Virus record (IMG/VR): IMGVR_UViG_3300017917_005385
Reading direction: 5' to 3' (one strand)
DNA from: an uncultured virus (IMG/VR IMGVR_UViG_3300017917_005385)
Taxonomy: Duplodnaviria; Heunggongvirae; Uroviricota; Caudoviricetes
Length of the DNA: 64,000 bases
A model generated the notes under the pieces. The model had not been told where the DNA came from. It saw nothing but the letters and a program-made list of their open reading frames with translations, and made no database searches. The position numbers and the translations under genes were made by a program. This document shows positions 18,784 through 27,413 of the stretch, one piece after another. The first letter of the stretch is position 1. Each line of letters opens with the position of its first letter.

Positions 18784-20664
18784 GTGAATCAAATATCTGT
18801 ACTAGTTGTCAATTTAAATAATCTGAATTATACTAAAGATTGTATCAACGACCTTTTATTACAAGATTGTGAATTTAATTTAACAATTGTTGATCAAAAT
18901 AGTTCTGAAGAAGGTACCAGAGAATATTTATCTACATTACCTTCAAATATAGAGTTTATTCAAAATGAAGAAAATAAACCTCTAAATCATTTGTGGAACT
19001 GGTTTGTGGAAAAATCAAATACACCTTACATATGTTTACTAAACAATGATGTAAGAATTGCACCTAACTTTCTATCATCTACTATCAAAGTATTTGAAAA
19101 AGAATCAAACGTTGGTTTTGTTAATCATGTATCCAATAATAAAGATTATCAAGAATGGTCTTCAAATTTAAGATATAAAATAATTGAAGAACCATATAGA
19201 CAAGGCTGGGATCCGATATTTAGAAAAGATTGTTACAGTCAAATACCAAATGAATTATCTTTCTTTTATGGAGATGACTATATTTACTCGAAACTATATT
19301 CCTCTGGAATGAAAGGCGCTTATGTTTTAAACTCACCAATGATTCACTTTGAAAGAAGTACAACCGTTGAAAAGGGTGGTCAGAGAGATGCTTCACCAGA
19401 TGGTGACTTTTTTTATTATTTAGACATAGAATATAAAAATTTATCATTTGTGGAAGAACTGAGTAAGTGGAAGCCAGAGTTTAATAAAATTAATATGAAT
19501 AATAAATATTCTAAAGAAAGTTATATAACAAGAGATGCTAATATTGAAAATTGGGAAAGTCATCTAAATACAGTTATACTCAATCAGTATAGTGATATAA
19601 TAAGAGGAAAAGTGGCTGATTTTGGATGTAATCACGGAGCTTGTACTATAATAGCAGCTAGAAATGAAAATATTGAAAATATTATAGGAATAGATATAAA
19701 TAGTGAATCTATTTTAGTGGCTGAAGAACTTTTATCAACTTGTAATGAACCAGTTGATGTTAAGAACAAAGTTAGATATCAAGTTGGTGACTTAACAAAC
19801 CTAAATAGGATAAGTGATAATTACTTTGATTCAGCAACATGTTTCCATACGTTAGAACATATTTATCCAGATGATTACACTGACGTATTTTCTGAATGGA
19901 AAAGAGTTATATCTGACGGTGGTCATTTTATTGTATCTGTTCCATATTTAAATGCATATGATGATCCTTGTCATGTTAATTATTTTGATGAAAATAACCT
20001 ATCTGAGTTGTTTAATCAGCAAGGATTTGAAGTTATAGAATGTTATAGAGATAATAGAGAAGATTTCGACTGTCTTAATATTATTTCAAAAGTTAATAAA
20101 AGAGAGATAGATCTTTCTATATTAATTTGCTCGTTAACTGAAAGAAGAAACATATTCTTAAATAGACTTTTAGACAATTTAGAACCTCAAGCTATAAACA
20201 AAAATGTTGAAATTATAGTTTTATCCGACAATGCAAAAAGAAGTATAGGTCAAAAAAGAAACGATGCTATCAAAATGGCAAATGGTAAGTATATCTGTTT
20301 TATTGATGATGATGATTTGGTATCACATGATTATGTTGATTTAATCTTAAAAGAGATAAGAGATTGGTCACCTGATGTTATTGTATTTGATGCCTTAATA
20401 ACATTCGATGATCAAAGACCTAAGATAGTAAAGTATGGTAGAGAATTTGATTATTGTGAAAAAGAAGAAGCTTATTATAGACATCCAAATCATTTAATGG
20501 TTCATAAAAAATCTAATATAACAGAATGGTTTAAAGATATTAAAACAGGTGAAGATGACGAGTGGGCGTCTAGAATGTTAGATAGAATTGTAACACAATC
20601 TAGAATTAATAGAATATTATATTTCTATGAATATAGAACAACAACAAAAAAATATTACTCATAA
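18784..20664 (+). CDS. GT2 glycosyltransferase - SAM methyltransferase - GT2 fusion
   Basis: N-terminal VDQNS/LLNND, central DFGCNHG/HTLEH, C-terminal FIDDDD/GEDD. Confidence 0.82.
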   Translation: MNQISVLVVNLNNLNYTKDCINDLLLQDCEFNLTIVDQNSSEEGTREYLSTLPSNIEFIQNEENKPLNHLWNWFVEKSNTPYICLLNNDVRIAPNFLSSTIKVFEKESNVGFVNHVSNNKDYQEWSSNLRYKIIEEPYRQGWDPIFRKDCYSQIPNELSFFYGDDYIYSKLYSSGMKGAYVLNSPMIHFERSTTVEKGGQRDASPDGDFFYYLDIEYKNLSFVEELSKWKPEFNKINMNNKYSKESYITRDANIENWESHLNTVILNQYSDIIRGKVADFGCNHGACTIIAARNENIENIIGIDINSESILVAEELLSTCNEPVDVKNKVRYQVGDLTNLNRISDNYFDSATCFHTLEHIYPDDYTDVFSEWKRVISDGGHFIVSVPYLNAYDDPCHVNYFDENNLSELFNQQGFEVIECYRDNREDFDCLNIISKVNKREIDLSILICSLTERRNIFLNRLLDNLEPQAINKNVEIIVLSDNAKRSIGQKRNDAIKMANGKYICFIDDDDLVSHDYVDLILKEIRDWSPDVIVFDALITFDDQRPKIVKYGREFDYCEKEEAYYRHPNHLMVHKKSNITEWFKDIKTGEDDEWASRMLDRIVTQSRINRILYFYEYRTTTKKYYS

Positions 20665-21284
20665 TGCAAAGATTTGAAATTATAAATTACTTGACATCTG
20701 TTAATGATTATAAGTCATTTTTAGAGATAGGAACACAAGCTAAAATAAATTTTAGTTCAGTTAATGTTTCTAGAAAAGTTTGTGTTGATCCTGATCCTAA
20801 TGCAGGTGCTGATTTTCAAATAACATCAGATGAATACTTTGAAAATAATTTTGAAAAATTTGACATAGTATTTGTTGATGGATTACATCATGCAGACGTT
20901 GCATATAGAGATATAGTAAACTCATTAAAAAGACTAAATCCTGGTGGTTGTGTTGTTGTACATGATGTAATTCCATTTTCATATGAAGCCCAGATTATAC
21001 CTTTAGAAAAGGCATCTGATATGGGTACAATAGCTTGGAATGGTGATGTTTGGAAGGCTTGGATTAAGTTAAGAACCGAAAGAAACGATTTATCTATGAA
21101 ATGTGTTAATACGGATCATGGTTGCGGAATTATACACTTTACTAATCCAGGTGAAGGTGATTTTATTAATAATTTTCAAAATGGATACTATAAATATGAT
21201 TCTAATTCTATTCTGAATAATCTCAATCTTATAGAACCTGATGAATTTTTAAATAAATATATTGAAAGAGTTCCTAAAATATGA
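20664..21284 (+). CDS. class I SAM-dependent methyltransferase
   Basis: FLEIG, FDIVFVDGLH, LNPGG.VVVHD. Confidence 0.85.
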   Translation: MQRFEIINYLTSVNDYKSFLEIGTQAKINFSSVNVSRKVCVDPDPNAGADFQITSDEYFENNFEKFDIVFVDGLHHADVAYRDIVNSLKRLNPGGCVVVHDVIPFSYEAQIIPLEKASDMGTIAWNGDVWKAWIKLRTERNDLSMKCVNTDHGCGIIHFTNPGEGDFINNFQNGYYKYDSNSILNNLNLIEPDEFLNKYIERVPKI

Positions 21285-23218
21285 AAAAAACATACATAAC
21301 ACACGTCACTAGAGACTATTTAGATGTAGCTATAAATTTAGCAAAGTCTATTGAGTTGTTTTCTAAAATACCTTTAGTTGTTTACTGCATCGGATTAGAA
21401 GATTCTGATAAGGAAAAGTTCAATATATTTAAAAATGTGGAGTTAAGAAATATAGAACTAGATATAAAATCAAATGATGATGATTATGTTACTAATAGTT
21501 CTGGTAACTTCTACATAAATAGAAATAGTACTAGAATATATCAAATTTTATGTGCTAAGACAATAGCTATGGAAATGGCTTTAGAAGAAGGATTTGACGA
21601 GGTTTGCTATCTAGATTCTGATTGTTTAGCAACACCTTTTGTAGATGAACTTTTTGATTGGACTAATAATATATCTGACTTTCCAATTGCAACTGAAGGT
21701 ATACATGAGTATATGATTATAATTGAGAATGGAATTCAAAAAGGAAATCCATTCATTAATTGGCCCATAGCAGACAATACATATAGCTTAGAATGGCCCT
21801 TAATGAATTTTATGCAAATGAAGCCAGAAGAAAGAGGTAGATACAGGACTACAGGTATAATGTTAATGAATCAAAATTGTTTACCTTTTATTAGAACTTG
21901 GAGAGAACTTTGCTTTTTATTACCAAAATTGGTTGATACTAGACATTATGCTCCGTACCATGAAGAGACTATATATAATGTACTATCATGGAAGAAAGAA
22001 AATAAAGGTTTTCCTCTTTGTTATATAAATTTAGGAGAAGGATTAGAAACAGTTAAACATTTCTACTCAGATGAATCAGTAGAAGGTAATTTAAGGTGGT
22101 CGGATACAGATACATCTCAAAATTTTTATAAAATTCCTGACGATAAAAAATATGTAAAAGTTTTACACGGTGAAAAAAGAACATCAGAGGTTGAAAGTAT
22201 TTTAGACTTCTTAAATAATAATAAAACAAAAAAAAATCCTAAAATTTTAATTCAAATTGACACTTTTGCAGATACACAAGATAAAATAGAAATAACAAAA
22301 CTTTGTATTGAGTCTTTAAAGGATTTTGAATATCCTATTCTTTTAACATCACATATAGATGTGCCAGATGAAATTAAAGATTTATGTGATTATAGTTATA
22401 TTGATAATAATAATGTTCTACTACCACCAACAACTAATAAATCATTTCTTAGATTCTATTCAGATTTTTTATCATCAGAGATTATATTAAATAACTCAGA
22501 TCCACATGCTCCGGCTTGTCTATCTAGTATCATAAATGGTGCTAGATTTGCAATAAATAATAATTTTGATTTCTTTATTAGATTTGAGTATGATGTTTTT
22601 ATAAAAGAAGAATACAAAAACTATGTAAAAGACTTAATAAAATCATCATCAAAGATGGATGGATTGGTTTTTTATAATAACAATTGGTTAGATGGTAAAA
22701 TAATAATGATTAAACCAGAATTATACCTTAAAAAGTTTGATGTTGATATTAATAGTTCAGATGATTATTATAATTTACTATCTAAAAATGGTGTACTTGA
22801 TGATAATAGAAGACATTTACAAAATACACAATATAAAATATTAAATGATTCTGGATTACTAAATAATGTAAATAAAATACCTACTAGAGATCTAGAAGAT
22901 TTAATTGATAATAGATTATCTATAAAAGAGTCTGGTGTATTTAGACCGGTCTACATAGAAGGTGATGAATCTAGTTTTGCTAATATATGCCACGGTTGGA
23001 TAGATGGTGATGTTAAGGTTGATATATATTTAGATAATGTTTTAATATACAATTATATTCAAAAGTATATTGCTAATTCTATAACATATAGAATATTTCA
23101 ATTTGAAAATAAAAATTATAAAATAATATCAACAGATTTAAAAACAAATAAAGTTGAGATTTTTGAATTTTCAAACATTCAAGAATTAAAAAATTTAGGA
23201 AAATTAATATTAAATTAA
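21281..23218 (+). CDS. putative GT-A glycosyltransferase, multi-domain
   Basis: CYLDSD (DxD), TGIML, HEETIYN; position in glycosylation cluster. Confidence 0.6.
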   Translation: MKKTYITHVTRDYLDVAINLAKSIELFSKIPLVVYCIGLEDSDKEKFNIFKNVELRNIELDIKSNDDDYVTNSSGNFYINRNSTRIYQILCAKTIAMEMALEEGFDEVCYLDSDCLATPFVDELFDWTNNISDFPIATEGIHEYMIIIENGIQKGNPFINWPIADNTYSLEWPLMNFMQMKPEERGRYRTTGIMLMNQNCLPFIRTWRELCFLLPKLVDTRHYAPYHEETIYNVLSWKKENKGFPLCYINLGEGLETVKHFYSDESVEGNLRWSDTDTSQNFYKIPDDKKYVKVLHGEKRTSEVESILDFLNNNKTKKNPKILIQIDTFADTQDKIEITKLCIESLKDFEYPILLTSHIDVPDEIKDLCDYSYIDNNNVLLPPTTNKSFLRFYSDFLSSEIILNNSDPHAPACLSSIINGARFAINNNFDFFIRFEYDVFIKEEYKNYVKDLIKSSSKMDGLVFYNNNWLDGKIIMIKPELYLKKFDVDINSSDDYYNLLSKNGVLDDNRRHLQNTQYKILNDSGLLNNVNKIPTRDLEDLIDNRLSIKESGVFRPVYIEGDESSFANICHGWIDGDVKVDIYLDNVLIYNYIQKYIANSITYRIFQFENKNYKIISTDLKTNKVEIFEFSNIQELKNLGKLILN

Positions 23219-24315
23219 TGAGTGACAATTTTTGTATAATAGTTTTTTCACATGCTGATAGTGAAGAAAAAGAAGAAATTCTTTATAATTCCTTATCATC
23301 AATAAAGCGCCTTAACATATCAATAATTCTAGCATCACATATTCCTGTGAGCGAAAGAAATCAAAACCTATGTGATTACTATGTTAAAGATAGTAACAAC
23401 CTTATATTAAGTGAGTCGGATATTATAAATAATCCGGTTAAAACATCAAAAGATATTTATAACACAACTGATTATTTTGGTGGATTAAAATTTGAGACAT
23501 CTGTTTTTAAAAAAACATATCAAGCTGGTGTTTTTAATCTTTATATAAGTGCTTTTAGATTTGCAAATAATATAGGTTTTAAAAATGCGATTTTATGGGA
23601 GTTTGATTATATACTTGGTGATAAATCAGTTTTTTTTATAAATGATTCTATTAACAGAATTTTATCCGAAGGAGTAGAATGTTTATACTTTAATAGTATT
23701 ATTAACATATTTAATAATGATATTATTCAAAAGTCTATAGATTGTTGTTATGCAATTCCTGCATTTTTTAATTTAGAGAAGTTTAACTCTATTTGTCCTA
23801 TCAATTTTATAAAAAGTGGAAAAGAGTATAATGAAATAAGTCGACTGATGATAATGGAACAATGGATAAAATCATATATTGTAGATAGATGTGAGAGAAA
23901 AATAGAATATCCATATGATCATTATAACAATTTATTACCGGATACTAAACTAGGACAAGTACACAGTCAAAGAGATAACTACCTTCTATCTGGTTTGAGA
24001 AGTGGTTTATATTTTAATGACGATAGAACATCTTTATGTTTACTTTTTGCAAATATGTCACTAAATCTACTTAGTTCAACTTTTCAGATATATCATGATG
24101 GTAATTTAATATTTGATATAAAAAGAGATTTATATCCAAAAAGTTGGTTTTATGACTTTTTAAATAGTGTAATTGTTGACTTATGTAAGTCAAAAAATGG
24201 TTGTCTTATTAAAGAAACTGTTGAAGATTTAAATACTAAAAAAGTTGATATTTTTGAGTATGTAATAAATGAAGAAAATATAGATTTTGTTTGTAAATTA
24301 AAAAAATTCTCTTAA
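23218..24315 (+). CDS. hypothetical protein related to the C-terminal domain of the previous gene
   Basis: Shared ILxSHI.V......LCDY...D.NN and xEyD motifs. Confidence 0.6.
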   Translation: MSDNFCIIVFSHADSEEKEEILYNSLSSIKRLNISIILASHIPVSERNQNLCDYYVKDSNNLILSESDIINNPVKTSKDIYNTTDYFGGLKFETSVFKKTYQAGVFNLYISAFRFANNIGFKNAILWEFDYILGDKSVFFINDSINRILSEGVECLYFNSIINIFNNDIIQKSIDCCYAIPAFFNLEKFNSICPINFIKSGKEYNEISRLMIMEQWIKSYIVDRCERKIEYPYDHYNNLLPDTKLGQVHSQRDNYLLSGLRSGLYFNDDRTSLCLLFANMSLNLLSSTFQIYHDGNLIFDIKRDLYPKSWFYDFLNSVIVDLCKSKNGCLIKETVEDLNTKKVDIFEYVINEENIDFVCKLKKFS

Positions 24316-24378
24316 ATTTGTATAATAATTGAAAAAGGGACTAAACTTTTTTAATATATACACATACAATAAAAACAT

Positions 24379-24450
24379 TGCGGGGTAGAGCAGAGGTAGC
24401 TCGCAAGGCTCATAACCTTGAGGTCGCAGGTTCGATTCCTGCCCCCGCTA
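24379..24450 (+). tRNA. tRNA-Met(CAT), initiator-like
   Basis: caagg-ctCATaa-ccttg; 1:72 mismatch; fMet-like D arm. Confidence 0.8.
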
Positions 24451-24536
24451 CTAAAAAAATAAAAAAGATTTGGTGAAATGAAAAAGTCTCCATATCTTTG
24501 TAAAAGAAATAAGAAAACAATATAAAACGAATTAAA

Positions 24537-24614
24537 ATGAACACTGTTATGAACATAGCGTATTATTATGAGGGGGAGCGTAGCTCAAACGTCAGACTAA
24601 TGTCTATGTCGTAA
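24537..24614 (+). CDS. leader peptide 3 (Tyr/Glu): MNTVMNIAYYYEGERSSNVRLMSMS
   Basis: TAT TAT TAT GAG GGG GAG; followed by a terminator and Glu/Tyr tRNAs. Confidence 0.85.
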   Translation: MNTVMNIAYYYEGERSSNVRLMSMS

Positions 24615-24636
24615 TGGTTTCATTATGATATTAACT

Positions 24637-24673
24637 AACCCAGTCTGACTTATCAGACTGGGTTTTTTGTTTT
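24637..24673 (+). terminator. attenuator terminator 3
   Basis: AACCCAGTCTGA/TCAGACTGGGTT plus U tract; leader GTCAGACT (24591-24598) complements AGTCTGAC. Confidence 0.9.
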
Positions 24674-24690
24674 AAAGTTCTTTGAAATTT

Positions 24691-24777
24691 GGGAGTATAA
24701 CGTCAGCGGCATGTTAGAGCCGCCCCTAAACAAATAGACGTATAGAGGTAACTTGTGTGCAAATCCAGGTGCTCCCA
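24691..24777 (+). ncRNA. atypical tRNA-like element, no assignable anticodon
   Basis: gggagta/tgctccc-A acceptor-like stem; cgtc/gacg and gcggc/gccgc helices; degenerate T arm. Confidence 0.4.
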
Positions 24778-24783
24778 CAAAAT

Positions 24784-24855
24784 GGTCCTGTCGACTAATG
24801 GTTAGGTCAACACCCTTTCAAGGTGTAGATGCGGGTTCGATCCCCGTCAGGACTA
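24784..24855 (+). tRNA. tRNA-Glu(TTC)
   Basis: acacc-ctTTCaa-ggtgt. Confidence 0.9.
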
Positions 24856-24863
24856 CAAAAAAT

Positions 24864-24943
24864 GCTACGGTATGCAAACCGGAATAAGCGACCAGACTTT
24901 CAATCTGGACATCGAAAGATGTGTGCGGGTTCCGTCCGTAGTA
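24864..24943 (+). tRNA. tRNA-Glu(TTC), long variable arm, truncated T-loop
   Basis: ccaga-ctTTCaa-tctgg; acatc-gaaa-gatgt. Confidence 0.6.
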
Positions 24944-24950
24944 CAAAAAT

Positions 24951-25033
24951 GGGAATGATGTGACACAGGTAGTCACGCTAGTCTGTAAAACTAGTGCCTT
25001 CGGGCGTTGCGAGTTCGAGTCTCGCCATTCCCA
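24951..25033 (+). tRNA. tRNA-Tyr(GTA)
   Basis: ctagt-ctGTAaa-actag; variable arm. Confidence 0.85.
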
Positions 25034-25040
25034 CAAACAA

Positions 25041-25124
25041 GGGAGAGCGCCAACGTTGGAGAGTTGGGCTGGTCTGTAAAATCAGTGGCTTACGCCTGAG
25101 TGGGTTCGATTCCCACCTCTCCCA
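25041..25124 (+). tRNA. tRNA-Tyr(GTA)
   Basis: ctggt-ctGTAaa-atcag; variable arm. Confidence 0.85.
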
Positions 25125-25130
25125 CAAAAT

Positions 25131-25203
25131 GATGCCATCGACTAAGGGCTTAGGTCGCCATCCTCTCAAGGTGGAAATACGGGTTCGAATCCCGTTGGCA
25201 TTA
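25131..25203 (+). tRNA. tRNA-Glu(CTC)
   Basis: ccatc-ctCTCaa-ggtgg. Confidence 0.87.
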
Positions 25204-25265
25204 CAAAAAAACTTGAAAAAGTTTGGTAATTAAAATTAAATTACTATCTTTGTAGAGTTGAAAAT

Positions 25266-25337
25266 GGTCCGTTAGTGAAGCGGTTAACACGCTACCCTTT
25301 CACGGTAGAGGCACGGGTTCGAACCCCGTACGGACTA
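25266..25337 (+). tRNA. tRNA-Glu(TTC), behind its own TTTG/TAnnTTTG promoter
   Basis: ctacc-ctTTCac-ggtag; promoter at 25222-25252. Confidence 0.9.
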
Positions 25338-25342
25338 CAAAT

Positions 25343-25457
25343 GACGCAAAAGGGTCAGGTGATGATATGATGGGTCTGCTCGAGATACTAGTTCAGCAGT
25401 TTAGTAAGACATCATATATGTAGCTTGGAGAGTTTGGTTCAATTCCGAACTGCGTCT
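25343..25457 (+). ncRNA. atypical tRNA-like element with extended central stem
   Basis: gacgca/tgcgtc closing stem, T arm tttgg-TTCAATT-ccgaa, atatgatg/catcatat helix. Confidence 0.45.
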
Positions 25458-25545
25458 CTAAAAAACAGATAACTCCGGTATGGTCTCAATCATTACTCAG
25501 AACCGGACTTAGGAGAGTTACAAGTTGAGATTCTGTTTTTTTTAT

Positions 25546-25628
25546 TGGTAGGTATGCAAGTGGTTAAAGCGATCGGTCTGTAAAACCGCCCTCTTCGGAG
25601 TTCGGGGGTTCAAATCCCTCCCTGCCAA
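25546..25628 (+). tRNA. tRNA-Tyr(GTA)
   Basis: cggt-ctGTAaa-accg; ctc-ttcg-gag variable arm. Confidence 0.85.
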
Positions 25629-25694
25629 CAAATAATAAAAAAAATTAAAAGGGAAGATAAAACTTTTTATATATACTTTAATATAATTAAAACG

Positions 25695-25775
25695 ATGAAA
25701 AATTTAACTAACATATCAACAGCAATAATCGAAGGCGGCGCGGGAGCGAATGTCACTGGCTGGTTTATGTTATAA
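25695..25775 (+). CDS. leader peptide 4 (Ile-ATA/Gly/Ala): MKNLTNISTAIIEGGAGANVTGWFML
   Basis: GCA ATA ATC GAA GGC GGC GCG GGA GCG; followed by a terminator and Ile/Gly/Ala tRNAs. Confidence 0.85.
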   Translation: MKNLTNISTAIIEGGAGANVTGWFML

Positions 25776-25799
25776 TCTTTCATCAAAAGAAGTAAACGG

Positions 25800-25836
25800 A
25801 ACCCAGTCAGTGAAAATTGACTGGGTTTTTTTATTT
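25800..25836 (+). terminator. attenuator terminator 4
   Basis: AACCCAGTCAGT-gaaa-ATTGACTGGGTT plus U tract; leader CACTGGCTGG (25754-25763) pairs with CCAGTCAGTG. Confidence 0.9.
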
Positions 25837-25917
25837 CGGCAGATACCGGTCCAATCTTATACATTGGATATCCGTAGTGGTAAGTTGAAAACGTGGGTTC
25901 GAATCCCACTCTGCCGA
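25837..25917 (+). tRNA. D-arm-less tRNA-like RNA with TAT (Ile) anticodon
   Basis: cggcaga/tctgccg; tccaat-ctTATac-attgga; canonical T arm; no D stem-loop. Confidence 0.6.
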
Positions 25918-25929
25918 CAAAAGATATAA

Positions 25930-26001
25930 GCGGGTATCGTATAAAGGCTATTACTCCAGCCTTCCAAGCTGGAGATGTCGGTTCGATTCCGACTACCCGC
26001 T
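25930..26001 (+). tRNA. tRNA-Gly(TCC)
   Basis: ccagc-ctTCCaa-gctgg; U73. Confidence 0.9.
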
Positions 26002-26045
26002 CAAATGAGAAAACATTAAAACCATCCCACCAGGATGTAAAACTC

Positions 26046-26119
26046 GGTCCTGTAGCTCAATTGGTCAGAGCAACTCGCTCATAACGAGAAGGTTGTCGGT
26101 TCAAGTCCGGCCAGGACCA
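26046..26119 (+). tRNA. tRNA with CAT anticodon, probably Ile2 (TilS substrate)
   Basis: ctcg-ctCATaa-cgag; C4:G69 and C5:G68 pairs; tilS in window; ATA codons in leader 4. Confidence 0.7.
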
Positions 26120-26124
26120 CAAAT

Positions 26125-26207
26125 GCGGGTGTCGTATAACGGTAGGTAATTCGACATTACACCTGGCTTCCAACCAGGAGACGAGGGTTCGACTCCCTTC
26201 ACCCGCT
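26125..26207 (+). tRNA. tRNA-Gly(TCC), expanded D-loop
   Basis: cctgg-ctTCCaa-ccagg; U73. Confidence 0.8.
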
Positions 26208-26214
26208 CAACTAT

Positions 26215-26290
26215 GGGGATGCATGTACCAAGGCTTTGGCGAGTCTGCTTTGCAAGCAAACTGTGGTGGGTTCGATTCCCATCATCTCCA
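26215..26290 (+). tRNA. tRNA-Ala(TGC)
   Basis: ttTGCaa loop; G3:U70. Confidence 0.78.
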
Positions 26291-26601
26291 CAAAATGAGT
26301 ATGACTATATTTAAATATTTAGTAGATGGTAAACTTTACTTCTTGTATAAAGGAGTTAAGGGTTATATTGCTATACCATTTGAACATAGTGGTAGCACAA
26401 TATCAAATCCCGACTTAAAAGAATTTGTACCAGTTGAATTTGGTAGTGGTTCTAATGGATTTGTATAAAAATAAAATTGAGTATGAAAAAGGTATTAACA
26501 GGCGAATTTGAATCAAGTAGAAAGAATTTAAGAAGAGATATAAATAAAAGTGTTTTGACTAAATTAATTAAAAGATTGAAAAGTAAGAGAAAATAAAATA
26601 A

Positions 26602-26676
26602 GCGAAAGTCGTATAGTGGCTATTATATCGCCTTGCCAAGGCGAGGACGGGAGTTCGATTCTCCTCTTTCGCTCCA
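26602..26676 (+). tRNA. tRNA-Gly(GCC), CCA encoded
   Basis: tcgcc-ttGCCaa-ggcga. Confidence 0.9.
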
Positions 26677-26717
26677 CCTGCCGGATGATCCACCGTTGTA
26701 TCACGGTGCCGGCTCCA

Positions 26718-26791
26718 GGGGGATTAGCTCAGCTGGCTAGAGCGTCTGCCTTGCACGCAGAAGGTCAACGGTTCGACTCCGTTATCCTCCA
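26718..26791 (+). tRNA. tRNA-Ala(TGC)
   Basis: tctgc-ctTGCac-gcaga; G3:U70. Confidence 0.92.
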
Positions 26792-26810
26792 CTAAAAAAA
26801 TTAAATTGTT

Positions 26811-27304
26811 ATGAAAAATCAAAGAACTAACAGCTTGGACGCCTAACCAAGAATGAACGAATCGAATTAAGAAAAAAAGAAATAGGTTCAAAATTAGATA
26901 GAAAACTACAAAAGTATTCTAATAGTTTTAATGAAATATTTACTTTCTTTTTGAAATCTTATCGTTCGGGCATTCTTACATTCTGTGGTAGTTCAGTAGA
27001 TATTGATTTTGATGTCTATGGTATAGAAGGAAAAATGACTTTTAGAAAATATGACAATGGTCAATATCAACAAGGTAAACAAATTATAACAAGACATCCT
27101 AATATAGTAAAAGGAGTTATAACTGGTAAAAAAAGTTGGGGCTTGTGGGTTAATCAGTGGTCTGATGGTATAGTAGAAGGAACATTCTCAAAAAGAGAAA
27201 TATTAGAACAATTTGAGAAATTAAATATTATAATACCAGAATCACTACTAAACGATTTTAATAATAGAATAATAAATAAAATGAAGAAAAAATATGGATG
27301 GTAA
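26811..27304 (+). CDS. hypothetical protein with an apparent frameshift near its start
   Basis: ATG ORF at 26811 stops at 26846; the -1 frame is open from 26831 to 27304. Confidence 0.45.
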
Positions 27305-27413
27305 TAAAACTTTCCATATATTTGTATAATAAATATCAACTATCATTTTTCTTTGACAAAAGGTGGTTAAAAAATTTCAAAGAAATTTGAATTAAAAAGA
27401 AAAATGTAATAGT

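Noticed and set aside
26005..26045. Mini-ORF MRKH* with a small hairpin, as an additional attenuator
   Set aside because: No U tract, and its codons do not match the downstream tRNAs.
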